Of a DNA stretch of 52,738 nucleotides, positions 39,037 through 48,860 are shown piece by piece (position 1 is the first letter of the stretch; each line of letters starts with the position of its first letter). The translations under genes and the position numbers were made by a program. The stretch is from a virus (lineage: Duplodnaviria > Caudoviricetes), in IMG/VR virus record IMGVR_UViG_3300031772_000048, positions 1-52,738 of that record; one strand, written 5' to 3'. The notes under the pieces were generated by a model that saw only the letters and a program-made list of their open reading frames with translations, did not search any database and had not been told where the DNA came from.

Positions 39037-39522
39037 ATGTTTAAAAAAGCTAATTTTGAGGATGAGATCTATCGTTCGATGGAAACAACTCTGGTTAAAA
39101 CCCAGACTGAAAATAAACACGGATTCAATAAATTAGCCAAAGCTACTGACCTATTAAATACTGCCGCCAATATTTTTGATCAGGCCGGCATGTATAATCA
39201 ATCTAAAGAAGTTACAAAAGTCTTGCAATCATTGGCTGTTGATCAGTTAATGAGCGAGGCTTTTTCTTTGGCTGATTTGACAGATAAAATTGATGTTTTA
39301 GGCATTTCTGAAAATGATTTGCATAATATGTTAGATATGTCACCAATCTCCCAACTGATTCATTTGGCCAAAAAACTTGGTAGTGTTCTCAAAGGAGATA
39401 GTACTTTATCAGAAGAGGCGCACAAATTAGCAGAAGAGCATGATATTACTGATCCTGATGTTAAGGATAAACTAGTTAGTCATATTCTAACGGCTCTTAA
39501 AGTAGCTAAGTTTTTCGTATAA
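39037..39522 (+). CDS. Putative head-cargo protein
   Basis: MFKKA; N-terminal leader paralogous to the next gene. Confidence 0.7.
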   Translation: MFKKANFEDEIYRSMETTLVKTQTENKHGFNKLAKATDLLNTAANIFDQAGMYNQSKEVTKVLQSLAVDQLMSEAFSLADLTDKIDVLGISENDLHNMLDMSPISQLIHLAKKLGSVLKGDSTLSEEAHKLAEEHDITDPDVKDKLVSHILTALKVAKFFV

Positions 39523-39529
39523 GGGTATC

Positions 39530-40363
39530 ATGCTAAAATCACTTTTTGAAAATGAACTAATTTCTGGTATGCAACAAGAGTTGCGCAAACAAGCTTCAGA
39601 TGAAACGCCAAATCTTTCTAAGGCGGCCGAATGTTTACATACAGCTTTAGAAATTTTTGAAGAACAAGGCATGACGGCTAGAGCCGATCAAGTTTTGCAG
39701 CTATTGGAAAATATCAATCGAGATCCCGCGCCTACAGTAAAAAAAGCTGCTAAAATACATTCTTTACAACAATTAATGGAGGCGGGCGTTACTCAACGCG
39801 ACCTTCGTGAATTTGCTAAAGATAATCCAATGGCAGTTGCCAAACTTAATTTGACTTTGCGTCGATTGGGACTCTCAGATCATGAAGTTGCTAAATTTCT
39901 TGGCCCTAATCGCGTTATGTCGGAAGAGAAGGCCCACAAAACTTTAAATCCTAACAGCCCCAGCTCTTTCTTAGAATTTGAAAGCCTAGCTCCTGTGACG
40001 GAACCAAGTGATAAAGGCGGAGAACTTTTAGAGTTCAAGAGCAGCCTTGCTGCTTCTAAAAAAAAAGTATTAAGTGACCGTCACACTAAGGGATTAACTC
40101 CTGACAAGGCAGTTTCTAATTATAAAAAGCATGGCACGCCATTTAATATGGCTGATGATAATTGCGCCATTGATTTGCCCCCGCCATCCGATCATCTAAA
40201 TGTAGATGATTGGGATGTTGATTTTGCGGACATATTAAATTCACCAACTTTTGATATTGATGCATCCGATGATGAATTGATGTTAATGGAAGTTAAAGAA
40301 GACTCTCTGGAAGTTTTGGAAGCAGATGTTCCAATGGAAGACTTCGAAGATGAAAGAGATTAA
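39530..40363 (+). CDS. Putative head-cargo protein
   Basis: LRKQA, targeting-like helix, acidic tail with LEV. Confidence 0.7.
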   Translation: MLKSLFENELISGMQQELRKQASDETPNLSKAAECLHTALEIFEEQGMTARADQVLQLLENINRDPAPTVKKAAKIHSLQQLMEAGVTQRDLREFAKDNPMAVAKLNLTLRRLGLSDHEVAKFLGPNRVMSEEKAHKTLNPNSPSSFLEFESLAPVTEPSDKGGELLEFKSSLAASKKKVLSDRHTKGLTPDKAVSNYKKHGTPFNMADDNCAIDLPPPSDHLNVDDWDVDFADILNSPTFDIDASDDELMLMEVKEDSLEVLEADVPMEDFEDERD

Positions 40364-40417
40364 ATTCAAACGGTTATATAGGTACTAGAGAGCCATATAG
40401 GTGATTAAAGGATATTC

Positions 40418-41107
40418 ATGCTCAGATTAGTACAAACCGGTAATACTTTACCCGTCAGTTTTATTTGCGATCCATCGGCCGAATTTCAGCCGGGCCAGAT
40501 GGCAGAATTAACCGTTATTGGTAACCAAGTAATGGCTACGGTCAGTAATGGTACCGCACCTATTGGCGTTATTGATGATATTAAAACTAAAGCTTTTACT
40601 AACGTTTCTTGGAATGAAACAGTAATTGTTCCAGCAGTCGCGGCTGCCGGTCCTGGTGGTATTTTTGTTACCCCAGTTGATATTAAAGCAGAATTAAGAA
40701 AACCAAACATTATAGCATCTAGCTTCAATTCTACTGTTAATGTAGTTTTGAATCCAGTAAATGGTATTATTACTTTTGTAGCAGGAACTCCGCTTAATAT
40801 AGATTTATCGGGAACAGGCCAGCCAAATGGCATTAAAGCTATTGTAAATTATACTTATCAAGTAGCTAATATTCCAGGTGATGATAGCACTTCTGGTTCT
40901 GGTAGAATGACAGTTTGGTATGAAAGAATGTTTTTTCAAACTGATCAATATGAGACCAACCAACAATATCCTGTTAGGGCTAATTTATATGTTAGTGAGA
41001 CGGGCTTTTTGACTACTCGTAGGCCCAGTCCGATTCATCCAGCTGTTGGTATGGTTACTGCTCCACCGACTCCAATGAATCCCATGATAGAGGTACTTTT
41101 TTTCTAA
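40418..41107 (+). CDS. Beta-rich virion protein, head decoration/cement-like (paralog of 48107)
   Basis: MLRLVQTG...F...AEFQPGQ, IDD, GSGRMTVW parallel MSLKLLQPG...F...FKGGE, SDD, GSGKMTCW. Confidence 0.6.
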   Translation: MLRLVQTGNTLPVSFICDPSAEFQPGQMAELTVIGNQVMATVSNGTAPIGVIDDIKTKAFTNVSWNETVIVPAVAAAGPGGIFVTPVDIKAELRKPNIIASSFNSTVNVVLNPVNGIITFVAGTPLNIDLSGTGQPNGIKAIVNYTYQVANIPGDDSTSGSGRMTVWYERMFFQTDQYETNQQYPVRANLYVSETGFLTTRRPSPIHPAVGMVTAPPTPMNPMIEVLFF

Positions 41108-41121
41108 AAATTCCGTTTTGC

Positions 41122-41538
41122 TTGATATATCTTTCGCCTGAAGAAAGGGCGGTAATTAGTAAGAAACAGTCTGAATCCTTCACTAAATATATTAAAGAAA
41201 ATGGACATATAGCATTAGGAACTAAACGAAGCCCAGAAATTTTGCAAAAGATGAGTCAGTTACGTTTGGTAAATCCAGTTGATTATACTCTTGAAAAACG
41301 ACAACATATGTCAGAGGCCCACATTGGCATTAAAGATTCTGAGGAGACTAAGCAAAACAAATCGATAAGCGCCAAAGAAGCCTGGGAGAAACGAATTGAT
41401 TATTCTCGTAAATGTTCGGCTCCTGGATGCGAAGTATCTGGCAAAGCGAAATACAAAATCATTAACGGGAGCCGATACTGTAATAAGCACGGTCTGCGAC
41501 TATTACGCTATAATAGATTAGATTCTTTAAGCGACTAA
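41122..41538 (+). pseudogene. NUMOD3-repeat homing-endonuclease remnant
   Basis: KRSPEILQKMS, KRQHMSEAHIG, SEETKQNKS and a C-terminal CSAPGC..YCNKH; TTG start with no SD and no nuclease domain. Confidence 0.55.
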
Positions 41539-41580
41539 TATCGCAGTATATTATAGACAATCTAATCTATCGAGGCTAAT

Positions 41581-42804
41581 ATGACTTTTAAACATGTGAA
41601 ATTTGAGGATTCTCCAACCATGCGAGCCTTAGAAAAGGTCGCTAAAGAAAAGGGTTTGGTTAAGCCAGAGTCTCTTCAAAAAAGAGCCTCCATTCCTAAG
41701 AAGGCTGATTACACGCCATCTTCTGATTTCATGGAGAACATTTTTAAACTATGTGCCGGTCTTAGAACTCAAGGATTAGAGAGCGAAGCTTCTGAGTTAG
41801 AAGTAAACTATCTTAACTACAAGCGCGCCCAAACTCTTTATGAAACTTCCAAAGAGACGGGTGAAGACTTAGTTCAATCCGCGCATCCAAAGGGCAGTCA
41901 TAAACTTGAGGGAGTAGATAGTGATGAAGCTACTGTTGAAGATATTCTTGAACAACACATGAAGATGATTCAGGTGATTGAAAAGAAACCTCATGGTAAA
42001 CTTTCGACAGCTCGTGCAATCAATGAAGTCAAAAAAGTTTTGGGTCAAGGCGCTGCACCACAAGAATCTGAATCGGAACTTAATAAAAAAATTGATGCCA
42101 CTTTAGCATCAATGCCAAGACAATTTGGTGGAATTGTATTTAATGTCAATACATATGGAGACAGTGAGTGGGCCACAATCGATAAGGATAATTCTAAGAC
42201 TAAGGCAGCTGAAGTTACCAATAGTTTAAGTCAAAGACCATTTAACAGAGCAAATTACAATGCTCTCAGCAAAGCGTTTTCCGATTTTACTTCTTGGGCA
42301 TCAGACACGGGCTCTTTTGAAGATAGCATATGGCATAGCGGGGTCCATAATGAACAAAGCAAAAAACTTTGGGCAGAGCATGTGGCACCATCTGTTGGTC
42401 AATTTAAAGCCTTAATGACTCAGCTAAATGATTTGCTCGTTAAAAGAGATAATGTTAGAGTCTCAACAGAACAAGGCAATTATGATTCTCCAGATCAGCC
42501 AGCAAAAGTAATAACTCTTCCGACACAAACTATAGTATCAGATCCATTAATTGTGAAACTAGAAGGACTAGTCAGTAGACTTAAATCATTTTTAGGAGTT
42601 CTTTCTATTGCACGTGATCCGGAAGCCAAGAAATGGATCGAAGATGAGATTAAAGAAATAAGTGCTATGGAAGATCGTATTGATGATGTCGCTGAAAATC
42701 AGCCGGCCCAAAGAAAATCAATGGACGCTCGTTATCAACAAGATGCTTCAACTTTTGAAAATGAAGTCAACCAATTCCAAAAAGATTGGGTTGATGCTCA
42801 ATAA
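41581..42804 (+). CDS. Putative head-cargo protein; leader paralogous to 46653
   Basis: A.EKGL, targeting-like helix, AHP...VE...K.P.G block. Confidence 0.7.
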   Translation: MTFKHVKFEDSPTMRALEKVAKEKGLVKPESLQKRASIPKKADYTPSSDFMENIFKLCAGLRTQGLESEASELEVNYLNYKRAQTLYETSKETGEDLVQSAHPKGSHKLEGVDSDEATVEDILEQHMKMIQVIEKKPHGKLSTARAINEVKKVLGQGAAPQESESELNKKIDATLASMPRQFGGIVFNVNTYGDSEWATIDKDNSKTKAAEVTNSLSQRPFNRANYNALSKAFSDFTSWASDTGSFEDSIWHSGVHNEQSKKLWAEHVAPSVGQFKALMTQLNDLLVKRDNVRVSTEQGNYDSPDQPAKVITLPTQTIVSDPLIVKLEGLVSRLKSFLGVLSIARDPEAKKWIEDEIKEISAMEDRIDDVAENQPAQRKSMDARYQQDASTFENEVNQFQKDWVDAQ

Positions 42805-42815
42805 GGAATAATTAG

Positions 42816-43979
42816 ATGACCAATAAAAATCTGAAAGATCTAGTTGAGCAAATTTATAAGATAGCTAACCCGCCCCCTCCAAAGAAGCCGGGTTATGTAT
42901 CTACTGGATTGCCGAAACCTAAACCAGCTGGTACGCCTACGACTAATCCAGCTGGTGCGCCTGCGACTAGTCCGGGCGGAGGTGCACGTACACTACCAGG
43001 CCACGGCGGTACTGCTCCTGGAGGTCGTACATTACCAGGACATGGTGGAAGATCGGGCCAGCCAGGCGCGAGACCTGGGGGCGGCGGTGCAGTTAGTAAT
43101 ATAGATATTATGACGCTGCAACATGCTCTTCAAGATTTAGCACAAGCAGTTACTGCACAAATTAATTTGCAAGATGCCAATAGCGGAGATCCAAATAAAG
43201 AAAAAGATGCTAAGGCACGTGATGCTTTTGGTGTATTTTTGACCAAAAACTACATGCGTAATTCTAAAGTACCAGGAGTTGAGTTTGACCCCAATCCCGA
43301 TGTTACTAAGTTAGAAGAAAAAAGACCAGACGATCCAACCCGTTTAAGTGTAGTTATGGATACTATGAATCGTGTAGGTAATCCTAAGAAGGGTGAAAAG
43401 TGGGTTGATGGTAACTGGGGTCCTCGCACCAATGCCGCTATTCGTAATTCATTTGCATTTGCTTCTGGGTTATTTGATTTTGTTGATGACATTAATCGTT
43501 TTGATCCTCAAAAATTAAAGATTCAATCATATAGCAAAGATCGTCTAAAAGAGTTAGAAGCATTTGCTCAAGTAGATCCTAATGCATTGAAGCCGGCCGA
43601 TAAAGCGCGAGTATCTCCTACAGTAACTCAACATGTTAAATCTATTAAGGCCATGTATGACGAAGTAAAGAAAAATATCTTACAACATCCAGCTTACTCA
43701 CGATTTATAGAAGGACAAGACTCATTTAAAAATTATGATGCAAAAATTACTCAACAACAAATAGCTGCACTTAAAGATTCTTTCAAAGAAGGATTTAATG
43801 TCAAATTGAATCAAGATGGTAGTAGCTCAGCTAGAATACTAGTAGACGATCTTGTTAGTTTAGATGCTTTAAATAAATGGATGTCTCAAGTTTCAAAAGA
43901 TAAGCTTGATCCAAATAATATAATACAGCAAATTTGGGCACAACAAAAACAATTACTAGGCTCGGACCCGGGGTATTAA
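42816..43979 (+). CDS. Virion protein with a split peptidoglycan-binding-like motif
   Basis: IYKIA; LQHALQDL ... VDGNWGPRTNAAI. Confidence 0.6.
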   Translation: MTNKNLKDLVEQIYKIANPPPPKKPGYVSTGLPKPKPAGTPTTNPAGAPATSPGGGARTLPGHGGTAPGGRTLPGHGGRSGQPGARPGGGGAVSNIDIMTLQHALQDLAQAVTAQINLQDANSGDPNKEKDAKARDAFGVFLTKNYMRNSKVPGVEFDPNPDVTKLEEKRPDDPTRLSVVMDTMNRVGNPKKGEKWVDGNWGPRTNAAIRNSFAFASGLFDFVDDINRFDPQKLKIQSYSKDRLKELEAFAQVDPNALKPADKARVSPTVTQHVKSIKAMYDEVKKNILQHPAYSRFIEGQDSFKNYDAKITQQQIAALKDSFKEGFNVKLNQDGSSSARILVDDLVSLDALNKWMSQVSKDKLDPNNIIQQIWAQQKQLLGSDPGY

Positions 43980-43982
43980 AAC

Positions 43983-45476
43983 ATGACCTTTATTTATGAA
44001 GATGAAAAGCTTATTGAGCGTCTCTTACAAGCAGGCGAAGAATTTGAAAAGAAATTTTCGAAGAAAGGCCAAGCTGCGCCCGTCCCAGCTACACCTCCAA
44101 CCGCACCACAACAACCTGGTAAACTACCGGCCACATTGCAAGATTTTGATGCTGACGAAGCAAACGAACAAAAAAAAATTAATCTTAGAGCACTTCTTTT
44201 TAATCTAAGAGATCAGTTGCCCAATGCTCCAGGCAGTGGTTCTGGAAAGAGTGGATATAGCGCTAACACTTCTTTAAATAGTCATAATATGGATAGTATG
44301 GGCGATTTTGTAGAGTGGCTTGATGTCACTCATAGAGTAGACATAGCTACTAAAGTAAACGCTGATCGCTCTAATCGTCCTAAACCAGATAATGCTTGGT
44401 GGTTCTGTAAAATTGAGCCTGGTACTGAAATTGTAACACCGCTTGCTGTACCAGATCGATCACCAGTGGCCTATTGGATTAATCCCACTACACTAAAACA
44501 ATATTTAGTTTCTTTACAGAGCGATAAAGATCTAAAAACTAATGTTGTATTTCAGGTTCAATTGCTCAAATTAATTCAAGATGCTAACAGTCAATTACGA
44601 CTAGGCGTCAGCGAAGAATATAAAGAGCCAGAAGTTGTTCTGCCAGATGATATAGAATTAGATAAAGTCGCAAAAGAATTAGATCCAAAGCAGTGGGGAC
44701 AGGCCGGAACTATTCCGCTTCTAGTTAGGGATGTAAAATCGGTTGCAGCTTTTGAAGCTTGGACAAAGGCAAACGGTATTGGATTTAAGGGCAAAGATGG
44801 CAAGGTAGTTTCTTCAGATGACCTGCAGAATTTTGATTTGTGTGGCGTTGTTAATATTCTAAATCAAAGAGCACAGGGTCTAGCCCAGCGTCAGCGTGCG
44901 AATTCCAAAGCTTACATTTCTTATATGGCAAAGATTATTACTGAAACAAAATGTAGTACTACGCAGCCAGGTCAGCAGCCTGGTCAACAACCAGGACAAT
45001 CCGGTAAAATTAGTCCGCAAGCTATTCAACAATTGGCGACTTTGAAGCCATTCAATAGACAGTATATTGATTTTGGACAGATTACTACGTTCTTAGATAA
45101 ATATAATGAACTTGCTAATAAGCCAGCCATTGATAATTTAGTCAATCAGGTTAAAGCCTCTATTGAGGCAGCTAATCAGAATTCAAATTCTCCAGGCGCC
45201 CCAATACAAATGAGTAACATAACTCCTGGACAAATGAAATTACAGTCTAAATTACCATTAGTACTTATGAATGCTTTATATACTATCATATCGGTAAGTG
45301 GTAGAGTGTATCAAGAATTTTATAATGATTGTAGAAATGTTTTGGAAGACCGCGCCCCTAATCTAGTTGCTTCTGTAGCGGAACAGATTACTGCAGGTGG
45401 TCCACAACAATCAAACATTGGAAATATCTTACGTGTTAGAGAAGGTTTAATGAGCGAAGCTAGGAGCGGTCAGTGA
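43983..45476 (+). CDS. Putative internal virion / ejection protein
   Basis: FSKKG-Q; QPGQ repeats. Confidence 0.65.
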   Translation: MTFIYEDEKLIERLLQAGEEFEKKFSKKGQAAPVPATPPTAPQQPGKLPATLQDFDADEANEQKKINLRALLFNLRDQLPNAPGSGSGKSGYSANTSLNSHNMDSMGDFVEWLDVTHRVDIATKVNADRSNRPKPDNAWWFCKIEPGTEIVTPLAVPDRSPVAYWINPTTLKQYLVSLQSDKDLKTNVVFQVQLLKLIQDANSQLRLGVSEEYKEPEVVLPDDIELDKVAKELDPKQWGQAGTIPLLVRDVKSVAAFEAWTKANGIGFKGKDGKVVSSDDLQNFDLCGVVNILNQRAQGLAQRQRANSKAYISYMAKIITETKCSTTQPGQQPGQQPGQSGKISPQAIQQLATLKPFNRQYIDFGQITTFLDKYNELANKPAIDNLVNQVKASIEAANQNSNSPGAPIQMSNITPGQMKLQSKLPLVLMNALYTIISVSGRVYQEFYNDCRNVLEDRAPNLVASVAEQITAGGPQQSNIGNILRVREGLMSEARSGQ

Positions 45477-46597
45477 TTAGTAATAGTGAAGTCAGTTTTT
45501 GTGTTGACACACTTCTTGTAGAAACAATTTTGGCAGAGCCAAAATTATACAAGACGGCTGGCTTCGTGTCTGATTTGCTTGAGAAAGTTAAAGAGTATTT
45601 CAGTGCTCAAATGACTCCTGGTGAACCAGTCTCTAGTGTTTTAAGAATAATAGCACCCGGTGCTTTGTGGTTATTTTTATCAAGTATCGGGCTTGGTAAA
45701 TGGGGATTTCTACTTGGCCTTTTGATGGATGTATTTCATATAGATGCCCCTGGTCTATTAAAATCTTTGTTTGAAAAAGTCAAAGGTATGATTAGCGGCG
45801 GCCAGAAAGTTTCTTCAGAGCAAATTGATTCTGCTGCAGAATCTGCTGCACAAGAATTTGCTACACCAGGAACACAACAAGAAGCTCAACAAGGATATGA
45901 AGCTTTACAACAGAAGAAGCAACAACAGCCGCAACAAGAAGAGGGCGCTAAAGCAAATGATCACGTAACATATAGTTCATTGGAACTAATGCATGATGCT
46001 AAAATGATTAGACTGGCCCTTATCAATTATGAAAACCAAAAAATGAGGTTAACTAAGGAAGCTGATATTTCAGATTTTTTTAAGGGATATGGGAGAAGCA
46101 AATCTAGGGGAACTACTTTGCTATCTAAAATTTTTGGTTGGGTAATTAAGATTGCTTTATATTCTGCCGGACTAATGGTAATAGGAGATGTAATTAATGC
46201 GGTTCTTGGTCGTCCAAGTGCATTAACACATACTTATCAAGCCGGCAAAGAATCACCTTCAGAAGCTCCGACAGCTCCCCCTCCAACCACGGTATCTACA
46301 CAAACTAAATTTCCGAAAAAGGGAGATGCCCCATTGCCAGCATCTTGGCCGCTGATTAATAATCCTTCTAATATTGAAAATATGCTTATACAATTTACTA
46401 AAGATGTATATTCGGGATTAGATGGTAAAGAAGATATTATTCGCAATACACCATCTTTTGATGCAGTTAAAGACAATATCAACTGGTTTAATGTTCATAA
46501 TCCTGGTAGTGCAGTCATTTTCCTTCCAAAAACCTTCACTTCCAAAAAACAATTGGTAGATTACTATATTGATGATGTTGCCGAGAGTGTCAAATGA
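45473..46597 (+). CDS. Putative membrane-inserting virion protein
   Basis: LYKTA and LTKEA, each followed by hydrophobic segments; SD AGGAG before GTG. Confidence 0.65.
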   Translation: MISNSEVSFCVDTLLVETILAEPKLYKTAGFVSDLLEKVKEYFSAQMTPGEPVSSVLRIIAPGALWLFLSSIGLGKWGFLLGLLMDVFHIDAPGLLKSLFEKVKGMISGGQKVSSEQIDSAAESAAQEFATPGTQQEAQQGYEALQQKKQQQPQQEEGAKANDHVTYSSLELMHDAKMIRLALINYENQKMRLTKEADISDFFKGYGRSKSRGTTLLSKIFGWVIKIALYSAGLMVIGDVINAVLGRPSALTHTYQAGKESPSEAPTAPPPTTVSTQTKFPKKGDAPLPASWPLINNPSNIENMLIQFTKDVYSGLDGKEDIIRNTPSFDAVKDNINWFNVHNPGSAVIFLPKTFTSKKQLVDYYIDDVAESVK

Positions 46598-46652
46598 ATT
46601 CGGGCATATCAATGCATATCGTTAACAATTTCCTTTTAGGTGAGAAATCAAT

Positions 46653-47957
46653 ATGAGACGCTCTGAAATTTTTGAAAGCTTTGTTAAAATTGCCCAAGAG
46701 AAAGGATTACTTTCCGAAGCTGAGCACGCTGAGCACACGGAAAAGAGTTTTTCGGAAACAAATCCGAGACACGATTCCTTGACTATTGAGCAAATCAGTA
46801 AGCTATATAATACTAAGTCTGAACGCCCAAAGGATATGGATTACGAGCGCAATATTATCGAAGATGCTCATCCAGATTCAGTTGTCGTTTCTCCATCTTA
46901 TGATAAATTAAATGGTCTCGTAGAAAATGAAAACGAAGGCCAAAATATTAGAATTCGTATGGTAATGAAGCAACCTGATGGCCATCTAGTTCAACGCAAG
47001 TACGCTGAGAAGAATCTTATTCTATCTTTAGTTCGAGTTGCCAATGAATTAGATAATCGTGATAACGATGAGCTTCGCAAGTTAGCAGACGTTTGCTTAT
47101 TGCAGGTTTCTAAAAAAAAAATTGAAAAAACTGCTTTCCCGTGGGTGATTGCTGCAATTGTTGCCGCTGTAGGTGTTCTTTGGCTTCAGCAACATTTACC
47201 AAAACATGCTGAAGGGTGGGCTTTAGATTATCAAAATGCTCAAAAAGAAGTCAATGATTTGTTAACCGCAAATACTAATTTTGGTGTTGGATATGAATAT
47301 TCTCCAGAGTTTTTACAAACAGTTGCACAATTATCAAGCATTCTTGCCGAACTAGATGGTGTAGTTAAAAAAGTAATACCTATTTTAGATGAAGTTCAAA
47401 AGCCAAGAACTGGCCCAGCCCTTTCACAAGAGTTAGCTAAAATTTCACAACAACCCGCAACACAAAGTGCCAGCGCAGCTGTTAGCGAATTAAGATCAGT
47501 AATGGTAAAAAATCTACCCTTCATTAGAAAAGTCCTATCTGATTTTAGTAGCTCTACTTATAAGCAAAGAGTTATTGTTCAAAAAGGAGCTTTAACGTCT
47601 GTAGTTGATAAGGTGGAATTTTTACATGGTGGATGGGGTTTGATATCTGATGATTTTGATGATGTTGCTCAGGCTATTCAAGCTTTAAGAAAAGATTTAA
47701 TCAATATTATAAAAGATTTAAAAGGTGCCCAAAACATTCAACAACAGTTGCAGGCAGATTTACAGGCAGGGCAAACCGAAACTGATTTGATGTTTGAAGA
47801 TAAACCAGCCGCAACTCCTGCATCACCTCCTGCATCACCAACTCCTGCATCATCAGCCGCTCCTGCTCCCCAATCAGAAAAAGGCACTTGGCAATCTTTA
47901 GAAGATAGTGCTAAAAGCATATTAGGCGGTGGTTTAAGTGGTCTTTTTGGAAACTGA
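46653..47957 (+). CDS. Putative membrane-inserting virion protein
   Basis: IEKTA-FPWVIAAIVAAVGVLWL transmembrane-like segment. Confidence 0.7.
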   Translation: MRRSEIFESFVKIAQEKGLLSEAEHAEHTEKSFSETNPRHDSLTIEQISKLYNTKSERPKDMDYERNIIEDAHPDSVVVSPSYDKLNGLVENENEGQNIRIRMVMKQPDGHLVQRKYAEKNLILSLVRVANELDNRDNDELRKLADVCLLQVSKKKIEKTAFPWVIAAIVAAVGVLWLQQHLPKHAEGWALDYQNAQKEVNDLLTANTNFGVGYEYSPEFLQTVAQLSSILAELDGVVKKVIPILDEVQKPRTGPALSQELAKISQQPATQSASAAVSELRSVMVKNLPFIRKVLSDFSSSTYKQRVIVQKGALTSVVDKVEFLHGGWGLISDDFDDVAQAIQALRKDLINIIKDLKGAQNIQQQLQADLQAGQTETDLMFEDKPAATPASPPASPTPASSAAPAPQSEKGTWQSLEDSAKSILGGGLSGLFGN

Positions 47958-48106
47958 TCTAGGCATAGCCCTGTATCTTAGTGAATAAAGTGATTAATTT
48001 TTGTTGAAAACATATCAATAAAGAAGTATGCTTTACAGATTTTGTAAGTTTAGGTGTAAGTTATCATGCCTGTAAAAGGCATTTCAAGATTAAATAGGAA
48101 AAAACA

Positions 48107-48835
48107 ATGTCTCTCAAACTATTACAACCAGGCACTCAGCCTCTAGGTCAATTTGATTGTGCTGACGCAGAACTAACTTCCTTTAAAGGCGGAGAAGTTT
48201 GCACCTTTAAATACGTTACTACTTCTGGTCAACCAGGCGTCACTCAGGCTGGTACTGATCAAGCCGCATATGATGTATTCGATGGATACATTAACGCATC
48301 TGGTACGTTCAAGCGCCCAGCTGTTACCAAGACTTTTGCTGCAACCAGCATGACCGCTCGTCCATTGATGCTATCAGATGATGGTATTACTGGATACGGC
48401 ACACTCTTCGGCTCTGTCGTTGGTGGCGCTGTTGGTCAATCTGTCACTAGTGCAGGCCTTGGCCCACACACTGCAGTCGGTTCCGGCAAGATGACTTGCT
48501 GGGACAAGCCAGGTCTCTATGCCGTCTCCTTAGACGCAGTAGATACCACTCCTTCCACCGGTTTATTGCCAGGTAATACTTCCTTAGTTGGTGGTGATGC
48601 TCTAGGCTTTACAACCGCTGGTTTACTAACTCCAACTGCTACAGGCGCCCCAGTAACTAATGGTGGTCTTGCAGTCGTAGTCGCTCGCTTAGTTGAGTTC
48701 AACACTAACCAGTCTTTGGTAACCACTCCAAACTATTTGGTCGCTGCCCTCAACAGCCCATCTGGAAACGTATCCTCGGTTCAACCAAGAGCCTTCCAGT
48801 TCGCAACTATCTACTTTGCTCCACAAAGCAACTAA
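48107..48835 (+). CDS. Head decoration / cement protein
   Basis: Gly/Thr-rich beta protein directly upstream of the MCP; biased codon usage. Confidence 0.65.
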   Translation: MSLKLLQPGTQPLGQFDCADAELTSFKGGEVCTFKYVTTSGQPGVTQAGTDQAAYDVFDGYINASGTFKRPAVTKTFAATSMTARPLMLSDDGITGYGTLFGSVVGGAVGQSVTSAGLGPHTAVGSGKMTCWDKPGLYAVSLDAVDTTPSTGLLPGNTSLVGGDALGFTTAGLLTPTATGAPVTNGGLAVVVARLVEFNTNQSLVTTPNYLVAALNSPSGNVSSVQPRAFQFATIYFAPQSN

Positions 48836-48860
48836 TTAAGTTGAACAAACTTCTCTGGCC

